This document shows, in pieces, positions 48,422 to 57,522 of a stretch of DNA of 64,000 bases. The DNA is from a bacterium (GTDB taxonomy: Bacteria > Krumholzibacteriota > Krumholzibacteriia > LZORAL124-64-63). The translations under genes were made by a program, and so were the position numbers. Position 1 is the first letter of the stretch. Each line of letters begins with the position of its first letter. The DNA is taken from positions 9,852-73,851 of the forward strand of contig JANOEP010000044.1 of assembly GCA_031441465.1 (NCBI GenBank), given 5' to 3'. The notes beneath the pieces are model-generated. The model was not told the origin of the DNA. It was given only the letters and a program-made list of their open reading frames with translations, and did not search any database.

Positions 48422-48880
48422 CTAGTCGCAGGGGGGGCAGCCGCGGTCCAGGATGATTTCCCAGCGGCCCGCGGCGGTGCGGCGCCAGGTCGAAGTGAAG
48501 AAGCCGGCGGGCGAGCCGTCGGGGGCGGTGACCGGGCCGCTCGAGAGGCCCAGCTCGCCCGAGGCCAGCACCGCGACGTCCAGGGGCGACCAGGCGAAGG
48601 GGGCCTCGTCGCCCTCGAAGAAGCGCGCCCAGGCGGCGGCGACCGTGTCGCGCCCACGCAGGAAGCCCTGCCCTCCCAGGAAGACCGCGTCTTCGGCCAG
48701 GAACGACGTGAAGGCGGCGAGGTCGCGGTCGGCCATCGACTTGGCGAAGGCCGTCTCGGTCGCCCGCAGCTCGGCCTCCAGCGCCGCGACGTCGAACGGA
48801 GCTTCGTCGGCTGCCAAGACAGCGGGGACGAGCAGGACCGCGAGCAAACCCGCGATGAGCAGATGGCGGATCGTCGTCAT
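48422..48880 (-). CDS. Exported NTF2-like (DUF4440/SnoaL-like) protein
   Basis: Signal peptide, 'TETAFAKSMADRDLAAF...AEDAVF', 'STWRR...WEIILDRG'. Confidence 0.8.
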   Translation of the reverse strand: MTTIRHLLIAGLLAVLLVPAVLAADEAPFDVAALEAELRATETAFAKSMADRDLAAFTSFLAEDAVFLGGQGFLRGRDTVAAAWARFFEGDEAPFAWSPLDVAVLASGELGLSSGPVTAPDGSPAGFFTSTWRRTAAGRWEIILDRGCPPCD

Positions 48881-49057
48881 GGGAACACCACCCTGACCTG
48901 AGGTGACCGAGCTGCAACTGTTGAATGAGGTCAATATAGGTCCCGGAGCTGGATTTGTCCGCGCCCGAAGGCGTTGCCGCAGGGGCGGGGCGGGGTTATC
49001 CTGGATTCCGCAACGAAGCTGGAATACCGGATGACCACCTCAAGCGAGGAGAACGAA

Positions 49058-49642
49058 ATGGCGCACGTCCTGCCCGACCTCAAGTACGCGAAGAACGCGC
49101 TCGAGCCGCACATCTCGGCCGAGACGCTCGAGTACCACCACGACAAGCACCACGCGGCCTACGTCACCAACCTGAACAACCTGGTCCCGGGCACGGAGTT
49201 CGAGAAGCTGTCGCTCGAAGACATCGTCCGCAAGGCCGCGGCCGGCGGCGTCTTCAACAACGCGGCCCAGGTGTGGAACCACACCTTCTACTTCGACGGC
49301 ATGGGCCCCAAGGCCGGCGGCGCGCCCGCCGGTGCGCTGGCGGCGGCCATCGACAAGGCCTTCGGCACCTTCGCGGCCTTCAAGGAGCAGTTCGGCAAGG
49401 CGGCCGTCGGCAATTTCGGTTCCGGCTGGACGTGGTTGGCGAAGAACAGCGGCGGCGGCCTCGAGATCGTGAGCACGAGCAACGCCGGCTCGCTGATCAC
49501 TTCCGACAAGACGCCTGTGCTGACCATCGACGTCTGGGAGCACGCCTACTACATCGACACGCGCAACGCGCGGCCCAAGTACGTCGAGAACTGGTGGAAC
49601 GTCGTGGACTGGAACGTCGCGGCGAAGCACTTCGGCGGCTGA
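49058..49642 (+). CDS. sodB: Fe superoxide dismutase
   Basis: 'HHDKHH', 'NNAAQVWNHTFY' (Fe-type), 'FGSGW', 'DVWEHAYY'. Confidence 0.95.
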   Translation: MAHVLPDLKYAKNALEPHISAETLEYHHDKHHAAYVTNLNNLVPGTEFEKLSLEDIVRKAAAGGVFNNAAQVWNHTFYFDGMGPKAGGAPAGALAAAIDKAFGTFAAFKEQFGKAAVGNFGSGWTWLAKNSGGGLEIVSTSNAGSLITSDKTPVLTIDVWEHAYYIDTRNARPKYVENWWNVVDWNVAAKHFGG

Positions 49643-49658
49643 CCAAAGGCGATCCGCG

Positions 49659-50567
49659 ATGACCACGACCGAGCGGCCGGCGCCGCCCCACTTCCTGGGC
49701 ATCGGCGTCGTGCGCGGCGGCACGACCTGGCTGTGGCGTCAGATCGGGTTGCACCCGGGGGCCTGGATGACCCCGGTCAAGGAACTGGACTACTTCAACC
49801 GCCTGTACCCGGTGGTCGGTGGGCCGCCGGGCGGCGAGGTCGAGGTGGTCGAGGGGGTGGACCCCTGGCGCGAGACGCTGCGGCGTCTGCGCTGGGACCG
49901 CCTCGGCCGCTACCTGCGGGGCAACGACCCGGCGACGCTGGCCTGGCGCTGGCGTTTCTACCGGGGTCGCCCCGGACCCGAGTGGTACGCGTCGCTCTTC
50001 GCACCGGCGCGCGGCCGCGTCACCGGCGACGTCACGCCCCACTACAGCGCGCTCGGCGACGAAGGTGTGCGCCACGTCGCCGAGTGCTACCCGCAGACGA
50101 AGATCGTCCTGCTGCTGCGCGACCCGGTCGCCCGCGACTGGTCCCACGCCGCGCACTTCCTGGGCTTCGAGCGCGGCCGCCCGGTCGCGGACCTCACCGA
50201 GCGCGAGATCCTCGACCACATCCACGATCCCTCGACGCGGGCGCGCGGCGACTACCTGCCCATGCTGGCGCGGTGGGAGCGGCACGTGCCGCCGGAGAGG
50301 TTCTTCGTGGGGTTCTTCGAGGACATCCACGAGCGGCCCGACGAATTGCTGCGCAGCCTGTGGCGTTTCCTGGATCTCGACGACGACCCGGTGCTGCTGC
50401 CGCCGGGGCGCGGGCGCAAGGTCAACGCCGCCGGCGGTGGCGCGGCACCTCCGGCCGTCGCCCGCCATCTGGCCGAGCTGCACCTGCCGGCGCTCGAGGC
50501 GCTGGCCGGGCGGTACGGCGGGGCGCCGGAGCGTTGGCTGGCGCGAGCACGCGGGTTGCTGGTTTGA
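49659..50567 (+). CDS. PAPS-dependent sulfotransferase
   Basis: 5'-PSB 'GIGVVRGGTTWL', 'KELDYF', 3'-PB 'LLRDPVARDWS'. Confidence 0.85.
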   Translation: MTTTERPAPPHFLGIGVVRGGTTWLWRQIGLHPGAWMTPVKELDYFNRLYPVVGGPPGGEVEVVEGVDPWRETLRRLRWDRLGRYLRGNDPATLAWRWRFYRGRPGPEWYASLFAPARGRVTGDVTPHYSALGDEGVRHVAECYPQTKIVLLLRDPVARDWSHAAHFLGFERGRPVADLTEREILDHIHDPSTRARGDYLPMLARWERHVPPERFFVGFFEDIHERPDELLRSLWRFLDLDDDPVLLPPGRGRKVNAAGGGAAPPAVARHLAELHLPALEALAGRYGGAPERWLARARGLLV

Positions 50568-50614
50568 TAGAACTGGACGGGTGAAACAGGCCTCCCAGAA
50601 GGGAACGCAGGAGG

Positions 50615-51148
50615 GTGAAGGACTCAGGTCGTGAACTGCGCGTAGGAGATGTGGAGCAACGAATTCTGTTCATTCGTGGTGAGAAGGTCATTCTCGATGC
50701 GGACCTTGCTGCCTTCTATGGAGTGCCGACGAAGCGGCTGAACGAGCAGGTGAAGCGCAACAAGGGACGCTTTCCTGCGGACTTCATGTTCGAACTGACT
50801 GGTATCGAGAAAGACGAGGTGGTCGCAAATTGCGACCACCTTTCTAGATTGAAGTACTCCAAGGCTTTACCGTACGCTTTCACGGAACATGGCGCCATCA
50901 TGGCCGCGAGCGTGCTCAACTCGCAACGAGCAGTCGAAATGAGCGTGTTCGTGGTGAGAGCATTCGTCAAGCTTCGGCAAACGGTTCTTCAGCACGCCGA
51001 ATTGGGCCGGCGCCTGGAGGAGCTGGAACACCGGCTCGGCTCGCACGATCAACAGATTGTGGCTCTGGTGGAGGCAATTCGGCGCCTGATGAGTCCCGCG
51101 GCCGTGCCCATGCGGCGACGGATCGGTTTCGGGGGTGGCGAGCCCTGA
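50615..51148 (+). CDS. ORF6N-domain DNA-binding protein
   Basis: 'IRGEKVILDADLA..YGVPTKRLNEQVKRN..RFP.DFMFEL', 'PYAFTEHGAIM', C-terminal coiled coil and 'RRIGF'. Confidence 0.9.
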   Translation: MKDSGRELRVGDVEQRILFIRGEKVILDADLAAFYGVPTKRLNEQVKRNKGRFPADFMFELTGIEKDEVVANCDHLSRLKYSKALPYAFTEHGAIMAASVLNSQRAVEMSVFVVRAFVKLRQTVLQHAELGRRLEELEHRLGSHDQQIVALVEAIRRLMSPAAVPMRRRIGFGGGEP

Positions 51149-51257
51149 CAGGCGCATGAACCTGTCGAAGGCTCTGTCACGGATCCGGCTTGCGCCAGAT
51201 CCGCGCCAACCGGTTTCGCCGGCCACCTTCGCTGGTCATGCGCAGCGATACCCCGCT

Positions 51258-52157
51258 TCAGCGATGACACCACCAGGCGACGCCCTGCCCGGCCAGGAAG
51301 GCCTCGGCGTCGCGTCCGTGCAGCATCGCGACGGTCGCCAGCACGCCGGCCTCGGTGCAGGTGGCGGCCGCCACGGTCACCGCGCGCGGGGCGTCGCGCA
51401 CCGGCCAGCCCGTGCGCGGGTTCAGGAGGTGGCCGTAGCGGACGCCGTCCTTCAGCAGGAAGCGACGGGCGTCGCCGCTGGTCGCCAGACCCCCGCCTCT
51501 CATCTCCAGCACGCGTTCAGCGTGGTCCTCGCGACCCGGATCTTCGACGCCCACACGCCAGGCCGCGCCGCCGCCGCGCGGGCCGGTGGCGCGCAGGTCG
51601 CCGCCCAGATTCACCAGCGCCGCGGCCGGCGCCGCCGCGGCCAGCAGCTCGGCCGTGCGGTCGGCCGCGTACTCCTTGCCGAGACCGCCGAGATCGATTT
51701 CCATCCCCGCCGGCAGCGTGATCTCCGGGTTGCGCCACACGACCTTGTCCCAGCCGACCAGCGGCAGCAGCGCCTTGACCCGGCCGCGCGACGGCAGCCG
51801 GTCGCTGCCGTCGAAGTTCCACGCGCGGCGCAGGATCCCCGAGGTGACGTCGAAGCGGCCGCCGCTGAGCGCGTGGCAGCTCGCCGCGAGGTCGAGCAGC
51901 CGGGCGGTCTCGTCGTCGACGCGGACGGCGGCGCCGCCGGCGGCGTTGATCGCGTGCACGGCGCCGTCGTCGCGGTAGCGGCTGAACTTGTGTTCGATGC
52001 GGAGGGTTTCGGCGGCGGCGAGTTCGGTGAGACGGCGGGCCTGCTCGACGTCGCAGCCCTCGAACAGGACCTCGCAGGGGCCGGCCATCGCCGTGAAGGT
52101 CCCGGCCTGGATGTCGCCGCGGCGCTGCACGGCAATGATCATGTCAGGAACTGTCAC
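51258..52157 (-). CDS. apbE: FAD:protein FMN transferase ApbE
   Basis: 'FSRYRDD', 'GRFDVT', 'IDLGGLGKEYAAD', 'NLGGD', 'ATSGD', 'HLLNPRTG'. Start approximate. Confidence 0.9.
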   Translation of the reverse strand: MTVPDMIIAVQRRGDIQAGTFTAMAGPCEVLFEGCDVEQARRLTELAAAETLRIEHKFSRYRDDGAVHAINAAGGAAVRVDDETARLLDLAASCHALSGGRFDVTSGILRRAWNFDGSDRLPSRGRVKALLPLVGWDKVVWRNPEITLPAGMEIDLGGLGKEYAADRTAELLAAAAPAAALVNLGGDLRATGPRGGGAAWRVGVEDPGREDHAERVLEMRGGGLATSGDARRFLLKDGVRYGHLLNPRTGWPVRDAPRAVTVAAATCTEAGVLATVAMLHGRDAEAFLAGQGVAWWCHR

Positions 52158-52158
52158 G

Positions 52159-53430
52159 TCAGGACCCGAACGAGTAGCCCAACTGGAAGATCCAGGCATC
52201 CACGACCGGGAACAGGTCGAAGGACGCCAGGTCGCCGGGCGCGCCTGCGGGGTGCCCGTCGCCGGACTGGCGGTAATATTCCACGCGCGCCGTGACGCGG
52301 TGGTCGCGGCCGACGTTGCGCCCGTGCTCCAGCCCGAACGTCCAGCCGTCGAACGCGCCGAGCCGGTAGTCGGCCGTGGCGTGGTCCGGCAGCGCGGCGC
52401 CGTCGAGCAGCCAGCGAGCGTAGAAGTCGGCGGCCGATTGGTGGTAGAAGCGCACGTGGGGCTGCAGGTACTTGTCGCCGCCCAGCTCGAGGCGGTCGCG
52501 CAGTTCGAGGGTGTGGGAGACGATGCCCCAGTCGTCGGTCATGAAGCGGTAGGACAGGTCGACGACGCCGTGCGGCAGCTGCCGCTTCGCGCGGCCGAAG
52601 AGGATGTGCTTGGTGCGCGCGTCGGGGCGGTTCTCGAAGAGCTGGTCGACCGGCGCGCCGCTCGTCGGGTCCACCACGCTGACCAGCTTGTAGGGGTCGG
52701 TCTGGTAGCCCGTGACCCGGCTCAGCGAGTACGTCAGCTGGACGAGGGTCGCGCGGTCGATCACCTGCACCAGCCCGAGCATCGCGTCGGCGACGTTCTT
52801 GCTGCCGTCGCCGGCGAGGCGCGGCAGGTCGGCGCCGACCGGCGTCATCGAGGCGAAGGGGATGGGGCGGCCGCCCTCGGGCGTGACCGTGTCGCGGGAG
52901 AAGGAGACGCCGGCGTTCAGCGTGCGGTTGCGGCGGTCGAAGTCGCGGGCGATCGAAGCGTTGGCGCCCATCGACGTGTAGTCGTGCTCGCCGGAACCGT
53001 AGAGACCGGCCGTGGCCGTGGACAGGCGGCCCAGCGGCAGGGTCAAGCCGCCGCTGACCGCGACGCGCGCGTCGCGGAAGGTGTCGTCCAGGGGCGTCTC
53101 GCCGGGCGCGGTCGAGTAGCTGCCGCGGCCCGAGGGTCGCGTGAAGGTCTGGACCGCGGCGCCCGGCACCGCGCCGCTGGCCGAGGCGCCGGTCAGGGCG
53201 TCGTAGACGACCTTGAAGTTCCCGAGATACCCGGAACCGAAGTCGTGCCGCGCCTGCAGGACGGTCTCGAGGGCCGAGACCCGGTTGGGCTCGGCGTAGC
53301 CGAGGATCGCGGTCTCGACATCGGTGGCGCGGGACGTCGCGACGCCGCCGACGCCCGCGAGCGCGCAGGCGGCCGACAGCGCGCCGCGGATCGAGCGGTA
53401 GGTCCGGTCAGTTGCAGCCACAGCCGCCAC
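52159..53430 (-). CDS. DUF3570-family outer-membrane protein
   Basis: GTG start overlaps the DUF4266 end (VAAVAATD). 'YDALTGAS', 'EHDYTS', 'GYQTDPYK', 'DDWGI.SHT', 'ADYRLG'. Confidence 0.8.
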   Translation of the reverse strand: MAAVAATDRTYRSIRGALSAACALAGVGGVATSRATDVETAILGYAEPNRVSALETVLQARHDFGSGYLGNFKVVYDALTGASASGAVPGAAVQTFTRPSGRGSYSTAPGETPLDDTFRDARVAVSGGLTLPLGRLSTATAGLYGSGEHDYTSMGANASIARDFDRRNRTLNAGVSFSRDTVTPEGGRPIPFASMTPVGADLPRLAGDGSKNVADAMLGLVQVIDRATLVQLTYSLSRVTGYQTDPYKLVSVVDPTSGAPVDQLFENRPDARTKHILFGRAKRQLPHGVVDLSYRFMTDDWGIVSHTLELRDRLELGGDKYLQPHVRFYHQSAADFYARWLLDGAALPDHATADYRLGAFDGWTFGLEHGRNVGRDHRVTARVEYYRQSGDGHPAGAPGDLASFDLFPVVDAWIFQLGYSFGS

Positions 53431-53641
53431 CCCCGAACCCGGCGCCGCCGGTGGACGCTTCCTTGCTGAAGTAGATGTGCTCGTCGAGGGCGGCGGTGAC
53501 CGGGTCGCCGTCGAGCCGCATCGAGCGCTGCGCGAGCAGGTCGCGCTCCCAGGGCTGCACGCCCAGGCTGGCGCAGCCGCCGAACAGCGACAGGGCGAGC
53601 ACGGCACCCGCCGCGATGATCGACCTATTCCTTTGCCGCAC
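53408..53641 (-). CDS. DUF4266-family small lipoprotein
   Basis: Lipobox FGGC, 'VQPWERDLLA', C-terminal 'SKEASTGGAGFGGGGCGCN'. Confidence 0.88.
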   Translation of the reverse strand: MRQRNRSIIAAGAVLALSLFGGCASLGVQPWERDLLAQRSMRLDGDPVTAALDEHIYFSKEASTGGAGFGGGGCGCN

Positions 53642-54125
53642 CGGGGACTCCTTCGGCCAGCAGGGTCTTGATCTCGGTCTCGACCTCGGCGGTTTTCTTC
53701 GGGTCGAACCCGACGTGGCTCGCCCTGAGTTTGCCTTGGCGATCGATCAGGTAGCTGGCCGGCATGCCCTCCAGGCCGTAGGCGATCGCGAGCTTGCCCT
53801 CGACATCCCAGACGATCTGCAGGTCGCCCCCGAGTTCGGCGAAGAAGGCCTCGGCGGCCTTGCGCTCGTGGTCCTCGTTCACCATCAGCACGGTCAGCCC
53901 CTGCTCGCCGTACTTCGCCTGCATTTCGCGCAGCCAGGGGAAGGACGACCGGCAGGGCTGGCACCACGAGGCCCAGAAATCCACGTAGACCACGCGGCCG
54001 GCGTAGGGTTTCAGGTCCAGGGCGGTGGGGGTCGGGACGCGCGGGCCGTCGAGGCCGCCGGCGGAAGGCAGGGAGGCGAACACCAGAACGACCAGAACGG
54101 TGAACGCAAGCACGGCCCTCTTCAT
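53625..54125 (-). CDS. TlpA/ResA-family thioredoxin-like disulfide reductase
   Basis: 'VYVDFWASWCQPCR', 'GMPASYLIDRQG'. Signal peptide. Confidence 0.9.
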   Translation of the reverse strand: MKRAVLAFTVLVVLVFASLPSAGGLDGPRVPTPTALDLKPYAGRVVYVDFWASWCQPCRSSFPWLREMQAKYGEQGLTVLMVNEDHERKAAEAFFAELGGDLQIVWDVEGKLAIAYGLEGMPASYLIDRQGKLRASHVGFDPKKTAEVETEIKTLLAEGVPGAAKE

Positions 54126-54484
54126 GACGGGCTCCTTTCGGCGGATGCGGCTCCTCGCGGACCGGTGAATCCTACCGAACTCCAGGTGTATTGGATAGTT
54201 CCGATATTCAGGGACGGGACAGAGCGGCGGTGGCCAGGGCGAGCAGCAGCGGGGTCAGCAGCACGGCGGCGGCGCGGAAGATGAGCTGGCGGGTCATGGG
54301 AACGCTTTCTTTGAAGTTGGCGGCGGCGCCCTCCTGGCGCAGCCGGCGCCAAAATAGGCTGGTCCTTACCCTGAGGCAAGCCGCAAACGCAGCCGGGGTA
54401 TGGTCTTTTACGGGCCGGTGCCGTATCATGACTGCAGATGTTCGTTGCCACCCCTGGTAACTTCCGCCTGGCTGGAGGTCCGTC

Positions 54485-55786
54485 ATGCTGCGCTCCGCGC
54501 GCCTGATCCGGTTGCTGCTGCTATTGTCGATGTTGGTCCTGGCCCTGGTCGCCGGCTGCTCCGATTCCACGGCGCCGGCTCCCGACGACAAGGACAACAT
54601 CCTGGATCCCGGCGACGGGACCTTCGCCCTGAAGGACATGACCGTCCCGATTCCCTGGGGGCCGCCGGTGATGCTGCGCCTCGAGGGGTCGAACCTGGCG
54701 AGCGATCCCGCCACCGGGACCGTGTCGCTGGACGTGAACGTGCGTAATCTCTCGGACCGTTCGATCGGCGTCCCGCTGACCGTCTGGCTGTCGGGCTTCC
54801 AGCCCGCGGACGTCTTCCCGATCAACGCCGATCTCGCGCCGGGCGACGATCCCGTCTGGCCGGCTGGCGTCGATTCGACCGGTGTCTGGATGGAGTGGGG
54901 CTACGACTACGCCGCGCTGATCGGCGACGACGGGCTGCTCGCCCCCGGTGAAGCCTCCGAGTCGAAGACCTGGATCTTCCAGGATCCCTCGCTGGGCTCG
55001 TTCGCCTTCGCCGCGCGCGCCGACATCGGCGGCGATCCCGGCGCGGCGCGCCTGGGCGGACTCTGCTTTATCGACCAGAACTACAACGGGTATCCCGAGG
55101 CGGACGAAGGGCCCTTCACACCCGGCTGGGCGACCGTGACCGGTCCCGGCGATTTCTGGTACACCGCCTCTCCCGGGCCCGACGGTCGCTACGAAGTGCC
55201 GTTGTATGAGGCCGGCATCTACCAGGTGACGTTCGAGACCTACGTGATGATGCCGATGCCGCTGGTGTTCACGACGCCCAACCCCTTGACGGTCCTGATC
55301 GTCTCGGGGCCCGACGGCGTGGTGCAGAGCTTCCTGGACGCGAACTTCGGCATCGCGCCCGACTGGTTCCCGCCGCCGTCGGTCCAGCCGATCTGGTTCA
55401 CCGACCTGCAGCCCGAGGCGCTGCACGTGGCGCCCTGGACCTTCCTGGACGCCGCGGTCGAGGGCGCGCTGATGACCTTCCACGTGGGCTACTCGGGCTG
55501 CGAGCCCGAGCATCCCTTCTCGTTGTGGATGTCGGGCGAGTTCCAGGAGTCGTCGCCGCCCAGGGCGGTCATCACGCTGGTGAACGAGCTGGACGAGAAC
55601 TGCGACGCGTACTTCGAGCAGATGCCCGTCTTCGACCTGGGTCCGCTGTACCGCCGCTACATGGAGAGCTACGGTATGGGCGAGTTGATCCTGGACGTGA
55701 GGGGTCCCGACGGGTTCTCGACCTTGATGAAGATCGGGATCTCCATGCCCGATTCGACCGACCCCGGGCATCCCGGCGGTCACTGA
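54485..55786 (+). CDS. Lipoprotein of unknown function (SdrD-B-like motif)
   Basis: GGAGG RBS, lipobox LVAGC, 'GLCFIDQNYNGYPEADE' and 'DANFG' SdrD-B-like features. Confidence 0.75.
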   Translation: MLRSARLIRLLLLLSMLVLALVAGCSDSTAPAPDDKDNILDPGDGTFALKDMTVPIPWGPPVMLRLEGSNLASDPATGTVSLDVNVRNLSDRSIGVPLTVWLSGFQPADVFPINADLAPGDDPVWPAGVDSTGVWMEWGYDYAALIGDDGLLAPGEASESKTWIFQDPSLGSFAFAARADIGGDPGAARLGGLCFIDQNYNGYPEADEGPFTPGWATVTGPGDFWYTASPGPDGRYEVPLYEAGIYQVTFETYVMMPMPLVFTTPNPLTVLIVSGPDGVVQSFLDANFGIAPDWFPPPSVQPIWFTDLQPEALHVAPWTFLDAAVEGALMTFHVGYSGCEPEHPFSLWMSGEFQESSPPRAVITLVNELDENCDAYFEQMPVFDLGPLYRRYMESYGMGELILDVRGPDGFSTLMKIGISMPDSTDPGHPGGH

Positions 55787-55799
55787 ACGCTCGTGACGA

Positions 55800-55835
55800 A
55801 GACCGCGGCCCCGCTTCCGGGAGGAGGCGGGGCCG
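55800..55835. repeat. 36-bp direct repeat, copy 1 (hairpin)
   Basis: AGACCGCGGCCCCGCTTCCGGGAGGAGGCGGGGCCG, identical to 57466..57501. Confidence 0.9.
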
Positions 55836-55842
55836 TTGTTTA

Positions 55843-55905
55843 TTTCCCGATCGGGAAAATACTATTGACATATCGATAAAATCCTCGATAATTTACCCGA
55901 TCGGG
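55843..55905 (+). promoter_or_regulatory. hipBA promoter with two palindromic operators
   Basis: CCCGATCGGG at 55846-55855 and 55896-55905 flank TTGACA (55865-70) and GATAAT (55887-92). Confidence 0.75.
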
Positions 55906-55926
55906 ACAATTACACGAGGAGCGACG

Positions 55927-56187
55927 ATGAACCCCTCAACTCCGACCACAAGAATTCAAACCACCGTGGATCTCGGGAAATTCATTCGGGAGCGAAGAAA
56001 GAACGATGGCCTGACCCTGGTCGAAGTGGCCGGTCTGACGAATGTGGGGGTGCGTTTCCTTTCGGAGCTGGAGAACGGGAAGCCGACGGTCCGGCTGGAC
56101 AAGCTGCTGCGGGTGCTGGGCGCGCTGGGCATCCAGCTGCATCTCGTCAACCCGACCAGTCAACCATCGCGATCGAGGATCAGATGA
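55927..56187 (+). CDS. hipB: HipB-like (y4mF-type) HTH antitoxin
   Basis: GAGGAG RBS, 'LGKFIRERRK..GLTL.EVAGLTNVGVRFLSELENGKPT'. ATGA overlap with hipA. Confidence 0.88.
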   Translation: MNPSTPTTRIQTTVDLGKFIRERRKNDGLTLVEVAGLTNVGVRFLSELENGKPTVRLDKLLRVLGALGIQLHLVNPTSQPSRSRIR

Positions 56188-57449
56188 GCACGCTCAACGT
56201 ATACTGGGACAGGATGCTCGTCGGCCATCTGATCGCGGTGGGTAGGCAGGGTATGTCCTTCCGGTATGCCGCATCCTACCTGTCGACCGCCAGTCCTCGT
56301 CCGATCTCCTTGTCGCTGCCTTTGCAGGCAGAGGCCTTCGACGGAGATATTGCGAAGTCCTGGTTCGCCAATCTGCTGCCCGAGGGTGAAATCCGGGGGC
56401 ACGTCGCCCGCAGGCTCGGCGTATCGGAACGCAACGAATTCGCCATGCTGAACGGGGTCGGTGGTGATTGCGCCGGGGCCTTGCGGATTCTCCCGGAATC
56501 CGTGGTGGAAATCGAAGCCGGGAAATTGATTCCGCTGCCCTGGGAAGAGCTGGAAGAAAAAATCGCCTCGACCCCTAGACCGTCCCTGCTCGCCTTGGTC
56601 ATGCAGGACGAGGGCCTGAGATTGTCGCTGGCGGGCGCGCAGGACAAACTCCCGGTTCACCTGGCGGACGGCAGGCTCGCACTGCCGAGCGGAAGCCGGG
56701 CCAGCACCCACCTCCTGAAGATCTCGAGCGGCGGCTTCCCCGATCTCGTGCAGAACGAGCTGTTCTGCCTGACGTTGGCCCGCAGGGTCGGGCTCAACGT
56801 GCCTGCCGCTGAGATGGCCGCGACGAAAACACCGATCCTGATCATCGAACGATACGACAGGCGAACGGATGCGAACGGCATCACCCACCGGCTCCACCAG
56901 GAAGACTTCTGCCAGGCTTTGGGATTGCCGCCGGAATCGAAATACGAAAACGAGGGCGGCCCTTCGCTGGAGGCGATGTTCGAAGTCCTCTCCCGCGGCA
57001 GCGTCTCCCCGCTGCCGGACAAGCGCGAGCTCCTCAAATGGGTCATCTTCAATTTCATGATCGGCAACGCGGACGCCCACGCGAAGAACGTGTCGTTGCT
57101 CTATGGGAGATACGACGACTTCCAGGGGCCGCGCTTGGCCCCGTTCTATGACCTCGTCTGTACGGAGGTCTACGACAACCTGTCGAGGAAACAGGCCCAG
57201 AAGATCGGCGGGGAATACCGCCAGAGGCAAATCGGCGGCCGGCACTGGGACCGCTTCGCGGCCTCCCTCGACGTCAACCCGAAATACCTGCGCTCGGTCG
57301 CCGTGGAGCTATGCTCGCGGGCCGAGGACATCGTGGTCCCGTTGGCTCGAACCATCGGGGAGTCCGGTTCCGGAAAAGCGACCCTCGAGCGGGTCACCGA
57401 GGCGATCGGCGGGCGGATCAGGAGACTTCAGGCCGGCCTCGCCTCCTAG
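56184..57449 (+). CDS. hipA: HipA-family serine/threonine kinase toxin
   Basis: 'ISLSLP', 'NLLPEG', 'LSLAGAQDK', 'HQEDFCQ', 'IGNADAHAKNVS', 'LAPFYDL'. Confidence 0.95.
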   Translation: MSTLNVYWDRMLVGHLIAVGRQGMSFRYAASYLSTASPRPISLSLPLQAEAFDGDIAKSWFANLLPEGEIRGHVARRLGVSERNEFAMLNGVGGDCAGALRILPESVVEIEAGKLIPLPWEELEEKIASTPRPSLLALVMQDEGLRLSLAGAQDKLPVHLADGRLALPSGSRASTHLLKISSGGFPDLVQNELFCLTLARRVGLNVPAAEMAATKTPILIIERYDRRTDANGITHRLHQEDFCQALGLPPESKYENEGGPSLEAMFEVLSRGSVSPLPDKRELLKWVIFNFMIGNADAHAKNVSLLYGRYDDFQGPRLAPFYDLVCTEVYDNLSRKQAQKIGGEYRQRQIGGRHWDRFAASLDVNPKYLRSVAVELCSRAEDIVVPLARTIGESGSGKATLERVTEAIGGRIRRLQAGLAS

Positions 57450-57465
57450 CAGGCGCGCGCCGGAC

Positions 57466-57501
57466 AGACCGCGGCCCCGCTTCCGGGAGGAGGCGGGGCC
57501 G
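57466..57501. repeat. 36-bp direct repeat, copy 2 (hairpin)
   Basis: Identical to 55800..55835. Confidence 0.9.
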
Positions 57502-57522
57502 CTTCCGTGCTAGGGTGTCGCG

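Noticed and set aside
53431..53967. 602-aa version of DUF3570
   Set aside because: It overlaps the DUF4266 and TlpA genes in another frame; the real start is about 53430.
55800..57501. 36-bp repeats as a CRISPR array or integron attC sites
   Set aside because: Only two copies 1.6 kb apart, no spacers or cas genes, and no RYYYAAC/GTTRRRY attC ends.
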